A DNA stretch of 53,141 nt from a virus (lineage: Duplodnaviria > Caudoviricetes). Below the pieces are notes generated by a model. The model made no database searches, had not been told where the DNA came from, and saw nothing but the letters and a program-made list of their open reading frames with translations. Location: positions 1-53,141 of IMG/VR virus record IMGVR_UViG_3300028590_000320; one strand, 5' to 3'. This document shows, in pieces, positions 1 through 9,255 of this stretch (positions within the stretch are counted from its first letter, which is position 1; each line of letters begins with the position of its first letter). Made by a program: the position numbers and the translations under genes.

Positions 1-1
1 C

Positions 2-670
2 TGGGACGGCAGCCAGGAGCAGTACCTCAAGCGCGCGCAGGAGATCGCCGCGCTCGGCTGCGTCTGCCTGACCTTCGACCTGCGCGGCCATGCGCGCCAT
101 GAAGGGCTGCGCCAGCAGGTGACGCGCGAAGACAACCTGCGCGACGTGCTCGCCGCCTACGACGCGCTGGTGGGCCACCCGACCGTCGACCCCGCAGCCG
201 TCGCCATCGTCGGCAGCAGCTACGGCGGCTACCTGGCCGCGCTCGTCAGTGCGATGCGGCCCGTGCGCTGGCTCGCGCTGCGCGCGCCCGCGCTGTACCG
301 CGACGGCGAGTGGGACACGCCCAAGGGCCTGCTGAGCCGCTCCGACCTCGTGGCCTACCGCCGCACGCTCGTCGGGCCCGACGACAACCGCGCGCTCGCG
401 GCCTGCGCGGCCTTCACCGGCGACGTGCTCATCGTCGAATCGGAAGACGACCAGACCGTGCCGCACCCCGTCATCGAGAACTACCTCGCCGCCTTCAAGC
501 GCGTGCGCTCGGCGACCTACCGCACCTTGTCCGGCGCGGACCACGCGCTGTCGCGCCTGGAATCGCGCCAGGCCTATGGCGCGCTGCTCGTGTCGTGGAT
601 CACCGAGATGACGCTGGGCGCCAAGGCGACGTCGACGCTCACCAGGCCGGTGACGAGCGGCTCGGCCTGA
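2..670 (+). CDS. Host alpha/beta hydrolase (5' truncated by window)
   Basis: GSSYG nucleophile elbow, D and GADH acid/His motifs; frame open from window start. Confidence 0.85.
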   Translation, partial: WDGSQEQYLKRAQEIAALGCVCLTFDLRGHARHEGLRQQVTREDNLRDVLAAYDALVGHPTVDPAAVAIVGSSYGGYLAALVSAMRPVRWLALRAPALYRDGEWDTPKGLLSRSDLVAYRRTLVGPDDNRALAACAAFTGDVLIVESEDDQTVPHPVIENYLAAFKRVRSATYRTLSGADHALSRLESRQAYGALLVSWITEMTLGAKATSTLTRPVTSGSA

Positions 671-782
671 GGCACGCGCCGAGGCTGTAGGCCGCTTCCT
701 TCCCGAACATGCGCGCCAGTCCATCACCACGCGTCGCGTCGCGCGCGCCGAATCCTGACCCCATGGTGACGGAGACAAAGAG

Positions 783-1058
783 ATGGACTTCGAAGGCATC
801 TACTGCTTCGATACGGCCACGGTGCGTTTCGCCGTGTACCCCGACGGTCCCGACGGCGCGCGCGTGCTGGCGCAGATTTCGCAAGACGTGCTGCACGATG
901 CGCTCGGCGCGAAGGAAATCGGCGAGCACACGCTGCATGCCTGCAAGCGGCATTTCGACGTGATCTCGGCGGCGGCGGTGGCGCGCTTCCGGGCCGATCC
1001 GCACGGGCCCATCGTGCTGGCCTGCGGCGATTTCGCACGGATGCGTGCACCGCGCTGA
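783..1058 (+). CDS. Host small hypothetical protein (DUF1488-like)
   Basis: GGAG upstream, coherent 91 aa ORF. Confidence 0.6.
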   Translation: MDFEGIYCFDTATVRFAVYPDGPDGARVLAQISQDVLHDALGAKEIGEHTLHACKRHFDVISAAAVARFRADPHGPIVLACGDFARMRAPR

Positions 1059-1210
1059 GACGCGGGTGGCGAGGCGCTGTCGGGCGAAAGTTCTCGCACG
1101 GCGCTCGCACCGTGCGACCTGTCGATTTGGTTACAAAAGCAACCTATCCGGGCTGCATTTTCGAGGGCGCAACGACCTAGACTGCGCCTCGTTTCCTCAG
1201 GAGCCTTCCC

Positions 1211-1435
1211 ATGCCCATGGACTTTCTGGAGCGCATCGAAGACGCGTCGTTCCCGATGGCGGTCCGCGACGAAGCCGACATCCACTGCGCGACCATGCTG
1301 GTCGCCGCGCACCTCATCGAAGCCGTGCTGCCACCGGCCGCCAGCGGCACGGGCCCGCGCGTCGCCGTCGTCCTGCTCATCACGCCGCAAGGGCGTGCGG
1401 CGCTGCGGCTGCGAAGGGATGCGCTGCAGACCTGA
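1211..1435 (+). CDS. Host small hypothetical protein
   Basis: AGGAG SD upstream, 74 aa ORF. Confidence 0.6.
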   Translation: MPMDFLERIEDASFPMAVRDEADIHCATMLVAAHLIEAVLPPAASGTGPRVAVVLLITPQGRAALRLRRDALQT

Positions 1436-1464
1436 GCGTGCGCCGTGTGCGAGTGAACTGACGT

Positions 1465-1480
1465 TAGAATCCGCGCCTGC
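1465..1480 (+). promoter_or_regulatory. Probable host tRNA promoter (-10 TAGAAT plus GC-rich discriminator)
   Basis: TAGAAT at 1465-1470 followed by CCGCGCCTGC just before the tRNA 5' end. Confidence 0.55.
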
Positions 1481-1481
1481 T

Positions 1482-1514
1482 GCGGGTGTAGTTCAATGGT
1501 AGAACCTCGCCCTC
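1482..1514 (+). repeat. attL core: truncated 5' half of tRNA (Gly-like)
   Basis: GCGGGTGTAGTTCAATGGTAGAACCTCGCCCTC identical to 53109-53141; acceptor 5' strand, D arm and anticodon 5' strand, then no T arm or acceptor 3' strand. Confidence 0.93.
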
Positions 1515-1539
1515 AAGCGAAAACACTGCAGTTTCGCTG

Positions 1540-1562
1540 AAACCTACGCCAAAACCTACGCC
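1540..1562 (+). repeat. Integrase arm-type sites (left)
   Basis: Tandem AAACCTACGCC x2, repeated at 52956-52978. Confidence 0.8.
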
Positions 1563-1579
1563 TGGAGCGTCACGTCGAA

Positions 1580-1879
1580 TCAAGCGGCTGTCGGCGTTCC
1601 AGCCCGGCCATAGCCGCAATTCTCCGGCGGCAGGTGGTCCGACAGGGGGCGTTCGCGGCCCCACACTTCCAGTTCTTCGACAAGCCAGGCGGTGCGGCCC
1701 TTGCTCACCTTTCGAGGCTTTGGAAGTTCGCCGCGCGCGACCAGGTTGTCCAGCGTGCTCTCCGAGATGGCCAGGAAGGCTGCCGCATCGGGGCGAGCCA
1801 GGTAGAGGGGGCGGATGTGGACGATCGGTGCTGCCGCGGGCTTCTTGGCCTTGGCCGGTGCTTCGGTGCTTGCGCTCAT
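1580..1879 (-). CDS. xis: Excisionase / AlpA-family HTH
   Basis: AAAFLAISESTLDNLVARGELPKPRKVSKGRTAW motif, adjacent to att. Confidence 0.8.
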   Translation of the reverse strand: MSASTEAPAKAKKPAAAPIVHIRPLYLARPDAAAFLAISESTLDNLVARGELPKPRKVSKGRTAWLVEELEVWGRERPLSDHLPPENCGYGRAGTPTAA

Positions 1880-2205
1880 CCCATTTCTCCCCCATCGCGA
1901 GCCCGCCCGATCTCGGCGGCGGCTCTGGTGATTGCGCGGCGAGTGGCGGCGAGCGGGTCAAGGTGGTGGCTCGCGGCACGCTCATGCATGTCCAGTTCCA
2001 CGAGCAGCTTGTCGAGATCGAAAAGCTCCAGCTTCACCGCCAGCCGTAGCGCGTCGCCGTCGTCCTCTAGCGTATTCCAGTAGTTGCCAATGGTGGGCGA
2101 CCAATATCGGCGAGGAACCGTCTCTTCAGGGCTGTCGCCAGTCCATTCGGCCAACTCGATCCCCGCAGCCTTCGCAGCCGCCTCAAGAAGTTCGCGATCC
2201 GTCAT
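1876..2205 (-). CDS. Phage protein (WNxLxDDGDALRLAVKL family), paralog of 28268-28579
   Basis: ATGA-coupled in early operon; shared motifs with second copy. Confidence 0.75.
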   Translation of the reverse strand: MTDRELLEAAAKAAGIELAEWTGDSPEETVPRRYWSPTIGNYWNTLEDDGDALRLAVKLELFDLDKLLVELDMHERAASHHLDPLAATRRAITRAAAEIGRARDGGEMG

Positions 2206-2477
2206 CCCGCCACCCCATCCTCTCGCGCCCTGATTGCAGCGGCACAGTAGTTCCAGTTTGACTTGAGGGATTCGCACAGCTTGGCGCACTCTTCGCGCTC
2301 CTGCTTTGCGGCGCGCTCTGTGGCGGCGTCGAACATCGCGCGCATCTGGGCGGCGGTGTAGAGCTTGGCGTGCGTTGGGATGTAGCCGCCACTCAGCACG
2401 ACCAGAAAGCCGTCTGCATCGACGGTAGCCACTGGTTCCGGCAACAGCGCCTCAAACTCATCGCGAATGGTGCTCAT
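2202..2477 (-). CDS. Early phage hypothetical protein
   Basis: Coupled start/stop overlaps. Confidence 0.65.
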   Translation of the reverse strand: MSTIRDEFEALLPEPVATVDADGFLVVLSGGYIPTHAKLYTAAQMRAMFDAATERAAKQEREECAKLCESLKSNWNYCAAAIRAREDGVAG

Positions 2478-2962
2478 GAGGGCTCCTTCAGGGCGGCGTC
2501 CCAGCGCTCTTGCATGAGCTTCAGGCAGTAGCAGTCTTCAGCCGATAGTGGTTGGCCCTCGCGCCGAGCCATGTTGAAGGCCCAGTTTGATAGCAACAGG
2601 CCAGCGTTGTAGAGTCGCGCCGTTCCGCCCCTCAGCCGCTCGATCTCCGCGTCACGGGCCTTGAGGGCGGATTCGGCGTCGGAGAGATGGCAGTGCACGT
2701 ATGCAGGTCGATCCGGGGCGGTGTCGCGCCACAGGGCCATTTCATGCGGCAGGCCTGCAGCTCGCGATTGGATGCCTTCCAGTGCTGCCAACATCCACAC
2801 GGGCGTCCTCTTCATCGCACGTAGTCGTGTAAGCGCTGTCACCACGTTTGCAGTGATGCCTACCGCCTTGGCCTGATGAAGATTTCGGCGAGAGTATTCG
2901 TTCTCGACGATTGCCACCACCTCCAGGCTCTCGGGCAGCTTCACTTCTGTTTGGTCTGCCAT
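2474..2962 (-). CDS. Early phage hypothetical protein
   Basis: GGAGG SD, coupled overlaps. Confidence 0.65.
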   Translation of the reverse strand: MADQTEVKLPESLEVVAIVENEYSRRNLHQAKAVGITANVVTALTRLRAMKRTPVWMLAALEGIQSRAAGLPHEMALWRDTAPDRPAYVHCHLSDAESALKARDAEIERLRGGTARLYNAGLLLSNWAFNMARREGQPLSAEDCYCLKLMQERWDAALKEPS

Positions 2963-3249
2963 CACTCGCCTCCAATCCCGCCAGCAGGAGCGATGCCGTG
3001 GGCTTCTTTCGCTGCCTTGGAGGCTGCTCGCCACGCGGCAACACGCCGAAATGCGCCATCTACCGCAGACTTGGCCTCAGCCTCGAAGCCGAACAGCGCG
3101 AGGACGCGCGCCAACTCTTCAATGCTGCCGATCAAGGCCGCTTGCGGCGTGGGCGCTCGATTGCTGCCGAAGCCGACCTCACTGCGGTAGCCGTCGCTGC
3201 TGCTGTACTTGATCTGCACCGACGTGGATTTGAGGGTTGGATCAGCCAT
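2962..3249 (-). CDS. Early phage hypothetical protein
   Basis: GAGGGGG SD, coupled. Confidence 0.6.
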   Translation of the reverse strand: MADPTLKSTSVQIKYSSSDGYRSEVGFGSNRAPTPQAALIGSIEELARVLALFGFEAEAKSAVDGAFRRVAAWRAASKAAKEAHGIAPAGGIGGE

Positions 3250-3802
3250 GGTTGTCCCCCTCGGAAGGGCTCGCGCCCTTGAGTGCGGCGAGTTCGGCAT
3301 CGCGAATGTTGTCCGCGACCCATGCACGCATGTGCTTCCAGCGTAGGTGTTCCGCGTCGGCCTTGACAACACAAACATCCCGCTTGTGTCGTTCGCTGCG
3401 CCAGAATCGGTCGAAGAAGTCACCGCGCATCGGCCCGCAGATTTCGACGCGCACGTATTCCAAGTCGCTGAACGTCTCGTCGTTCTCCCACATGATTTCC
3501 TGGGCGATCTTGGCGTTCACACCGAGGCTTCCGGCGATGGCGTCGTAGTCGTCGATGTCCATCCTTCCGAGGTCGAGGCCGCGCGCTTTCCCGATCACGC
3601 CGAGAGTGCAAAGGCAGCCGTCTCCCGTCTCCAACTCCCCTGCGACGAGGGCCTTTTCGGGCATCGCATCGAGCGCCGCAGCGAGTTCTCGCAGGAACGC
3701 TTGCCCGCGCTTCCCGTTGATGGCGCTCTTGACTGCGCCACGCCACCGGCCATGTGCCAGCGGATCGTCACCGTCGTCTTCGATAAGTCCACTGCGGCTC
3801 AT
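3242..3802 (-). CDS. Conserved phage hypothetical protein
   Basis: MSRSG...WRGAVKSAINGKRGQAFLREL...LDAMPEK motif typical of temperate phage early proteins. Confidence 0.75.
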   Translation of the reverse strand: MSRSGLIEDDGDDPLAHGRWRGAVKSAINGKRGQAFLRELAAALDAMPEKALVAGELETGDGCLCTLGVIGKARGLDLGRMDIDDYDAIAGSLGVNAKIAQEIMWENDETFSDLEYVRVEICGPMRGDFFDRFWRSERHKRDVCVVKADAEHLRWKHMRAWVADNIRDAELAALKGASPSEGDNHG

Positions 3803-4065
3803 GCTGTTTCTCCCTTCGCATCTCCCGCCACTGCCTGAGTGGGGGCGGCGTAGGCGTCTTCGGCAGTTGGGTTGCGTCCGTGCTTGTTCGCGAACTTCCA
3901 CTGCCACTCGACGAACGGCTCGCGTCCTGCCGCCTGCTGTGCTCCTGCCTGCACGGGCGCGGGCTGGGCGAGGGCGGCGTTCCAGACTTCCTCCTGGCTG
4001 GGCGTGCGGTTGTGCGCCTCGCAGAAGGTGAAGTACCAATCGCTGAATTTCTGATCAGAAGCCAT
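3799..4065 (-). CDS. Small protein with internal duplication
   Basis: Two F..W...F...H.R.P..E....A repeats. Confidence 0.65.
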   Translation of the reverse strand: MASDQKFSDWYFTFCEAHNRTPSQEEVWNAALAQPAPVQAGAQQAAGREPFVEWQWKFANKHGRNPTAEDAYAAPTQAVAGDAKGETA

Positions 4066-5026
4066 TGAACTCTCCCAGCGCCTCGAAGGCAGCGCGCGTC
4101 ATGCGTTTGAACGTCAGTTCGTAGGTGTGCTGCTCGTCGTCCGTGCCGAACATGTCTGCAAGGGCGTTCGCTTCGACGGTCAGCGTGGTTCCGTTCAGCG
4201 TGATGCACGCCACCAGCAGGTCGTCGTCGGGGCTCACCCCCGCGCTCGGTGCGGCCGGTGTCGCTGCGGTGGGTGCGGCATACAGCGGCATGGTGAACTT
4301 GCCCGCTGCGGTCTTGCGGAGTGGGAGGTATACGCCGCCTTCGCTGTCTTCGGGCCGGTCTTGCAGCGCGTTCGCCTGTTCAGCACTGGCAAAAAACATC
4401 GGCTGCGCTGCCGCTGGTGCTGCCTCGGGTGAAGCGGTGATGGCAGTGCCGAAGACCTGTTCAACGCTCACGCCGCCGATCTCGAACTCGATGTGCCATT
4501 CGCCTTCGCCACGCCAGTCGCGGCCCTCGATCTCTTCCATGATGGCCGGCAGGGTCGGCGTGCCGTCGTAGTCGGTCGCGTCTTCCTCGCCGAGCCACTC
4601 ACGGACCATGAAGCGGCGCACACCATCCCAGTCCGCGACCAGCTCGGCACTGGGGAGATCGGTCTCTCCCCATGCACGGCAGAGATAGCCGATGAAGTTT
4701 TCCGCCACTATCTGCTCGGGCGCTACGGGGGAGGTGAGGGCGAGGCGGTTCACGATGAAGATGGCGAGGTCTTCCCCGCGCACGCACAACGTGGACGGAT
4801 GCTCGGGGTCGGCCGGCTCGGATTCGGCCACGTCTCGCACGATCAGCGCGGCCACCTCTTCCGACTCTGCCGTATCTGCCTGGGGTTGGGCGGTGGCGGT
4901 GAGGGCGGACACATCGACAGGCCCGACACGGTGCCATGCTGGGTCGCCGATGGTGAAAGCAGGCGAGCCAGTGCCCACGGCATAGCGGCCATCGTCGTGC
5001 TCGAACAGGGTTGCTTCATTGGCCAT
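4055..5026 (-). CDS. Mosaic Ea-like early phage protein
   Basis: 323 aa, Ala/Pro linkers, PLYAAP motif. Confidence 0.65.
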   Translation of the reverse strand: MANEATLFEHDDGRYAVGTGSPAFTIGDPAWHRVGPVDVSALTATAQPQADTAESEEVAALIVRDVAESEPADPEHPSTLCVRGEDLAIFIVNRLALTSPVAPEQIVAENFIGYLCRAWGETDLPSAELVADWDGVRRFMVREWLGEEDATDYDGTPTLPAIMEEIEGRDWRGEGEWHIEFEIGGVSVEQVFGTAITASPEAAPAAAQPMFFASAEQANALQDRPEDSEGGVYLPLRKTAAGKFTMPLYAAPTAATPAAPSAGVSPDDDLLVACITLNGTTLTVEANALADMFGTDDEQHTYELTFKRMTRAAFEALGEFNGF

Positions 5027-5465
5027 GGCTCTGTCCTTCGGTCTGGGTGGTCGGGATCGCGGCGACTCGCATGAAGTGCGTGTAGGGCGCCTCGTTGCTC
5101 GGGCCTCGACTGCCGGGCGGAGCGCACATGTCGAAGTGCTCCACGTTGTTGGAGTGCTGCTGCCAAACGCCGTCTTCCAGGTAGTCGAAGTCGTGGCGCT
5201 CTGGGTGCTCGGTGTCTTCGGGGTCGAGCCAGCCGACCACGAGGAGAACTCCTTCAGGAGCGTCCGAGATTGGCCTCCATCCATCGCTTTGAGGGGCGGC
5301 GGAAAGAGCAATGCGGACCTTCTCGATTCCGTTCTGGCGATGCTGCTCAAGCGCCAACATGTAGCCGTTAGGCACACGACCGTCGTAGCTGAACGTGCTG
5401 TTGGCGTGATGCTCCACGGTGTCGTAAATACGAGCTTCGAGCGCTCTGCTGTCTGTGGGGGGCAT
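5016..5465 (-). CDS. Early phage protein with DUF551-like C-terminus
   Basis: WRPISDAPE...THFM motif. Confidence 0.6.
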   Translation of the reverse strand: MPPTDSRALEARIYDTVEHHANSTFSYDGRVPNGYMLALEQHRQNGIEKVRIALSAAPQSDGWRPISDAPEGVLLVVGWLDPEDTEHPERHDFDYLEDGVWQQHSNNVEHFDMCAPPGSRGPSNEAPYTHFMRVAAIPTTQTEGQSHGQ

Positions 5466-5473
5466 GGTGGGCC

Positions 5474-6139
5474 TCAGGCAGCTTGAAGAAGTTCGGCGAC
5501 CGAATGCGAGCGGTCGAACTCAGCGATCACCTCGGCCATGTAGGCGCGGGCGTGCATCACCTTCTGGAACATCGCGGCTTCCTTGTCCAGGTCGCGCGTG
5601 ACGGTCCATGAGGTCAAGCGCATGTTCTCGGGGATGTGCCCGACGACGTGCATGGCCAGCGGCTCGAAGCCGATCAGCTTCTCGGGCGTGTCGACGAGGC
5701 AGTAGTCCACCTCCCACTCGTCGGCGTTCCAGAGCGCCATGTAGCCGCGCATCTGCCACTCATAGAGCTTGTCCTCGCAGTCCACGGTGGCGATCGGGAA
5801 GGTCGCGATAGACCACGACGATTTCGTGTCATGACCACGGCGCGCCGGCGCATCGAACAGGTCGCACTCGCCGGTCAGGAAGTCATTCGAGCGGCGTTCG
5901 GTGTTCTTCGTCAGCGACAGGCCGCGGACACGATTCAGCAGGTCGATGGAGTCCTGCTCAACCAGGATGCCCTTTTCCATCTGCTTGCTCGACACCTCAA
6001 AGTCGACGCCGAAGATCTCCTGCGCGGCGAGCTCGCGAATATAAGTTTTCGCGCCGACAGAAAGAGGCCCCTCCTTCTGCGTCTTGGGCTCGGTCATCAG
6101 CTTGCCGATGGAAGAGCAGCGGAATTTGATGTCACGCAT
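5474..6139 (-). CDS. Phage exonuclease (YqaJ/lambda-exo-like)
   Basis: FRCSS, TGECD, DTKSSW, YEWQMRGYM nuclease motifs; follows recombinase. Confidence 0.85.
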   Translation of the reverse strand: MRDIKFRCSSIGKLMTEPKTQKEGPLSVGAKTYIRELAAQEIFGVDFEVSSKQMEKGILVEQDSIDLLNRVRGLSLTKNTERRSNDFLTGECDLFDAPARRGHDTKSSWSIATFPIATVDCEDKLYEWQMRGYMALWNADEWEVDYCLVDTPEKLIGFEPLAMHVVGHIPENMRLTSWTVTRDLDKEAAMFQKVMHARAYMAEVIAEFDRSHSVAELLQAA

Positions 6140-6953
6140 GGACAGCCTCCAGTTGCACAGCACGCGCCTTGACTGCCACCGCAAATGCGGAGTACCCGGC
6201 AGAGTCCTTCGTCACCTGGAAGTCTTTCGTTCCGTCGCGACGAACGTCCTGCAGGTCGCGCGCCGTTTCCGCCAGCGCTACCTTCTCCTTCCAGTACGCA
6301 ATCCGCTTTTCTTCTTCGCTCGCGCCGCCCTTGCGCATCTTGGCTTCGTCGTCCTCGCCGCCGGTCGCGGTGCCCGTGATGGCAAGCAAAGACTGGCGCT
6401 TGAGGTAGCTGGCCGTCGTCTGCATGTTCTGCGTCGGGGTGTTGACGCTCAGGTCGCCGGGAGGCCCTTCGAGCTCCAGGCATTCGGCGTGGCCCTTGCG
6501 GTGCTCGAGGTGGCACGTCACCCACACCCAGCCGACATCGCTCTCGACGCCCTCGGTCATCATTCGGCGAAGGCCGAACTTCTGGTCGTGGCGGAACGAG
6601 AACCCGTGGCGCGACAGCGCAGGAGACAGTCGGCGGCAAACCTCGTCGTACTCGGCCTGGTCGAACGAGCCGCCGCGGCCCCGGTCCACATGCTTCGTCT
6701 TCGGGATGATGACGTTCTCGCCACGGAAGGCGGCGAAGTCAGCCCGGAAGATCTCGCGGGCCTCGTCGGCCTTCATCTCGCGATGAATCGCCATCATCTC
6801 TCGCACGTCCGCAAGGCTCGCCCCTTGGCGCTGGGCGGCGAGCATCATCGACATGGGCGAGTTGTCGGCCAGAGCGACTGCATGCTGCTGCGGAGCCTCT
6901 TGAAGCTGCGCGGGCTCCAGTTCAAGGATGGCGACTTCGGTATCGGTGTTCAT
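6132..6953 (-). CDS. erf: ERF-family single-strand annealing recombinase
   Basis: LSRHGFSF, VTCHLEH..GH.E, TASYLKRQSLLAITG...EDDE motifs. Confidence 0.85.
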   Translation of the reverse strand: MNTDTEVAILELEPAQLQEAPQQHAVALADNSPMSMMLAAQRQGASLADVREMMAIHREMKADEAREIFRADFAAFRGENVIIPKTKHVDRGRGGSFDQAEYDEVCRRLSPALSRHGFSFRHDQKFGLRRMMTEGVESDVGWVWVTCHLEHRKGHAECLELEGPPGDLSVNTPTQNMQTTASYLKRQSLLAITGTATGGEDDEAKMRKGGASEEEKRIAYWKEKVALAETARDLQDVRRDGTKDFQVTKDSAGYSAFAVAVKARAVQLEAVHA

Positions 6954-7255
6954 GCGTACTCCCGGGATTTGATGTAATGCTGGATGCGGGCCTCGTCGGC
7001 TTCGCCACGCATGTATTCGGTGTGCTCGATCAGCGCCAGTTCTTCGATGCGTCGGCACTGCTGAGCGGACAGCAGGTCGAGGAGGTCGGTCCCGTTCAGG
7101 TAGGCGGCGCAGAGGCTGACCGAATCGGGGTAGTGCGGCTCGTTCCATCCGTCGCCTTCAGCGGGGCTGTATTCGAGGTGGCAGACGATGGGCTCGTCGA
7201 GCACGCTCCACGAGTACTCGAACTGACCTTGCGGCAGGGCGGGCGCGGTGCTCAT
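6950..7255 (-). CDS. Phage hypothetical protein
   Basis: Coupled ORF, acidic. Confidence 0.65.
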   Translation of the reverse strand: MSTAPALPQGQFEYSWSVLDEPIVCHLEYSPAEGDGWNEPHYPDSVSLCAAYLNGTDLLDLLSAQQCRRIEELALIEHTEYMRGEADEARIQHYIKSREYA

Positions 7256-8493
7256 GCAATGCTCCCGACAGCCTCGACAGTTGCGATTGCCGTGCGGACG
7301 ATGCGGCGCTCGGCATCGGCAGGCATGTCCTTGCACTCGTTATCGAGGAAGGGGAGGACCGTCCCTTTGAGAACGTCGAGCATCATGGGGCCGTGGCGCT
7401 GCGCGGAGGCCAACTGCGCGGCGATCTTTGCCGCTCTCCGCGCTTCGGCTTGCGCCTTGGCGCGCGCCTCCTCTGCGAGACGTTGTTCTTCGGCACGACG
7501 GACAGCGGCCTCGTCATCCAGGCGCTTGCGCTCAGCAGCGGCTGCGGCGTCGGCAGCTTCCTGCTCGGCCTTGCGAATGGCTGCGGCCTTGGCTTCCTCG
7601 GCCTCGCGCGCGGCGCGCTGCTCAGCTTCCAGTGCGGCCCGGGCGTCGGCGATACGCTTGTCTTCGGCGGCGCGCACCTCGCGGGCCAGCCGGTCTTCTT
7701 CGTCGCGGCGGGCGCGGTCGGCGTCCTCGCGCTTCTTGGCTTCAGCGCGGGCAGCGGCTTGCTCCTTCTCGAAGGCGGCGCGCTCGGCGGCCAGCTTCTC
7801 GGCCTGGGCCTTCTGCTCTGCAGCGATGCGCTCACGCTCAGCGGCGTCGCGCTTCTCCTGCTCGGCACGGAGGCGTGCCAGTTCTTCGCGCTCGGCGGCC
7901 AGGCGCTGCTCTTCGGCCTCACGCTCCTGCGCTGCATCCAGCAGGTCATCCATGCGTTCCAGCGTCTGGGCCTTCGCCTGCGCTGCTTCACCGGCACGAT
8001 CCCCGAAAGCATCCAGCGATACCTCGACGGCCCGCAGGTTGTCGATAGAGACTTGAATGCCTGCCGCCTTGACGTTGGCAGGGATGACCGCGAAGGCCCG
8101 GATGCCGTCGATGCGCACCTGGATGGCGGCAGCCTCCTTGCGGGCGGCCTCTTCGCGCGCCTCCTTCTCGGCTGCCTTGCGCGCCTCCTCGGCCTTGATC
8201 TGCGCGTCGATGGGCTGCTCAAGCTCCAGCAGCTCGGCGGTCAGCGCCTTGGCCTCAGCGTCGATCAGCCGCGAGCGCTCCAGTGCCGGCGCCTTGAGCT
8301 CGACGCGCTTGGCCTCCAGTGCCGTGCGCAGGCTGCGGACCTCGGCGCGGTCCTTCTTGGCAATGTCCATGCCTTTGCCGGTGGACAGGTCATAGACCAC
8401 GTCAGCCATGCGGGCGCGCAGGTCTGCCAGTGCGGCAGCCGTCGGGGAGTATTCGGCGATGGCCAGAGTCGGCCGCTCAAGAACTTCGGTCAT
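7252..8493 (-). CDS. Long coiled-coil phage protein
   Basis: E/A/R/K-rich helix; N-terminal KRVELKAPALE...IDAEAK...LE.PID motif. Confidence 0.8.
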   Translation of the reverse strand: MTEVLERPTLAIAEYSPTAAALADLRARMADVVYDLSTGKGMDIAKKDRAEVRSLRTALEAKRVELKAPALERSRLIDAEAKALTAELLELEQPIDAQIKAEEARKAAEKEAREEAARKEAAAIQVRIDGIRAFAVIPANVKAAGIQVSIDNLRAVEVSLDAFGDRAGEAAQAKAQTLERMDDLLDAAQEREAEEQRLAAEREELARLRAEQEKRDAAERERIAAEQKAQAEKLAAERAAFEKEQAAARAEAKKREDADRARRDEEDRLAREVRAAEDKRIADARAALEAEQRAAREAEEAKAAAIRKAEQEAADAAAAAERKRLDDEAAVRRAEEQRLAEEARAKAQAEARRAAKIAAQLASAQRHGPMMLDVLKGTVLPFLDNECKDMPADAERRIVRTAIATVEAVGSIA

Positions 8494-8495
8494 GT

Positions 8496-8648
8496 TCAAC
8501 CTCTGATGAAATGAATAGCCGCGGCAGCAATGCAAGACACGGCAAAGATGGCAGCAGCAAGGCCGCTGATAGCGGTGGAAAGGGGAGTGCGGGGCAGCTC
8601 GTCGGCTGCGTCGGCGGAGTCGCCGATGGGGCTGTGGAGAACGTTCAC
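8496..8648 (-). CDS. Small membrane protein (not in ORF track, 50 aa)
   Basis: AAGGAG SD, GTG start; MNVLHSP...AISGLAAAIFAVSCIAAAAIHFIRG. Confidence 0.55.
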   Translation of the reverse strand: MNVLHSPIGDSADAADELPRTPLSTAISGLAAAIFAVSCIAAAAIHFIRG

Positions 8649-8650
8649 GG

Positions 8651-8884
8651 TCACTCCTTGTTCGCCGCGATGGCGGTGGTTTGGGGCGCCGCCTGAGGCG
8701 CGGTAGGCGCGTCATCGAACTTGATGACGACGAAGAGGGCGATCACGAACGCGATGTAGAGCGCGAAGTCGGCAGCAGTGGGGCCGTCGCGGTCGTCGGG
8801 CATGGGGACGATCACGCACTGGCTCGAGCGGTTGTAGGGGCCGAAGGCCTCATCCGTCGTGCGGGGGTAGCGGCGCGTGTTCAT
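8651..8884 (-). CDS. Small single-TM protein
   Basis: GGAGG SD; hydrophobic FALYIAFVIALFVVI. Confidence 0.65.
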   Translation of the reverse strand: MNTRRYPRTTDEAFGPYNRSSQCVIVPMPDDRDGPTAADFALYIAFVIALFVVIKFDDAPTAPQAAPQTTAIAANKE

Positions 8885-9255
8885 GCGGCCTCCGTCTCTG
8901 GAAGCGCGAACTCGTGGCGGTAGCCCTTGAGCATCCGCTTGAACGCCGCAGACGAGATCACGCGCAGCTTGTCTTTGCCGAACGCGCCGCCATCCGGATC
9001 GATGAAGCTGCGCAGGTAGAAAGTGTGCTCCGGGTACTTGCCAGGCCTGAAGCGGCCGACAACATGCAAGACCATCTTTCCCATGCCGTCGGCTTGGTAC
9101 TCGCTGTCATACCCTTCGTCATCAGCCGTTTCGAGGCGAGTGCCTGGGAGCCACGTGGGCAACTCGGTGACGCCTTGCTCGTCGTAGGCCGCGAAGGTGC
9201 CGCGCACGAAGGGGAAGGCAACCTCATGCGTCTCCATGATTCGGTTGTCCTTCAT
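8881..9255 (-). CDS. Phage hypothetical protein
   Basis: Coupled ORF with GAGG SD. Confidence 0.65.
   Translation of the reverse strand: MKDNRIMETHEVAFPFVRGTFAAYDEQGVTELPTWLPGTRLETADDEGYDSEYQADGMGKMVLHVVGRFRPGKYPEHTFYLRSFIDPDGGAFGKDKLRVISSAAFKRMLKGYRHEFALPETEAA

Noticed and set aside
1482-1562. Complete tRNA at the left end
   Set aside because: No canonical T arm or matching acceptor 3' strand follows; sequence continues into arm-type repeats
7252-8493. TolA or tape-measure call for the coiled-coil protein
   Set aside because: No TM anchor, located in early operon; resemblance is low-complexity only
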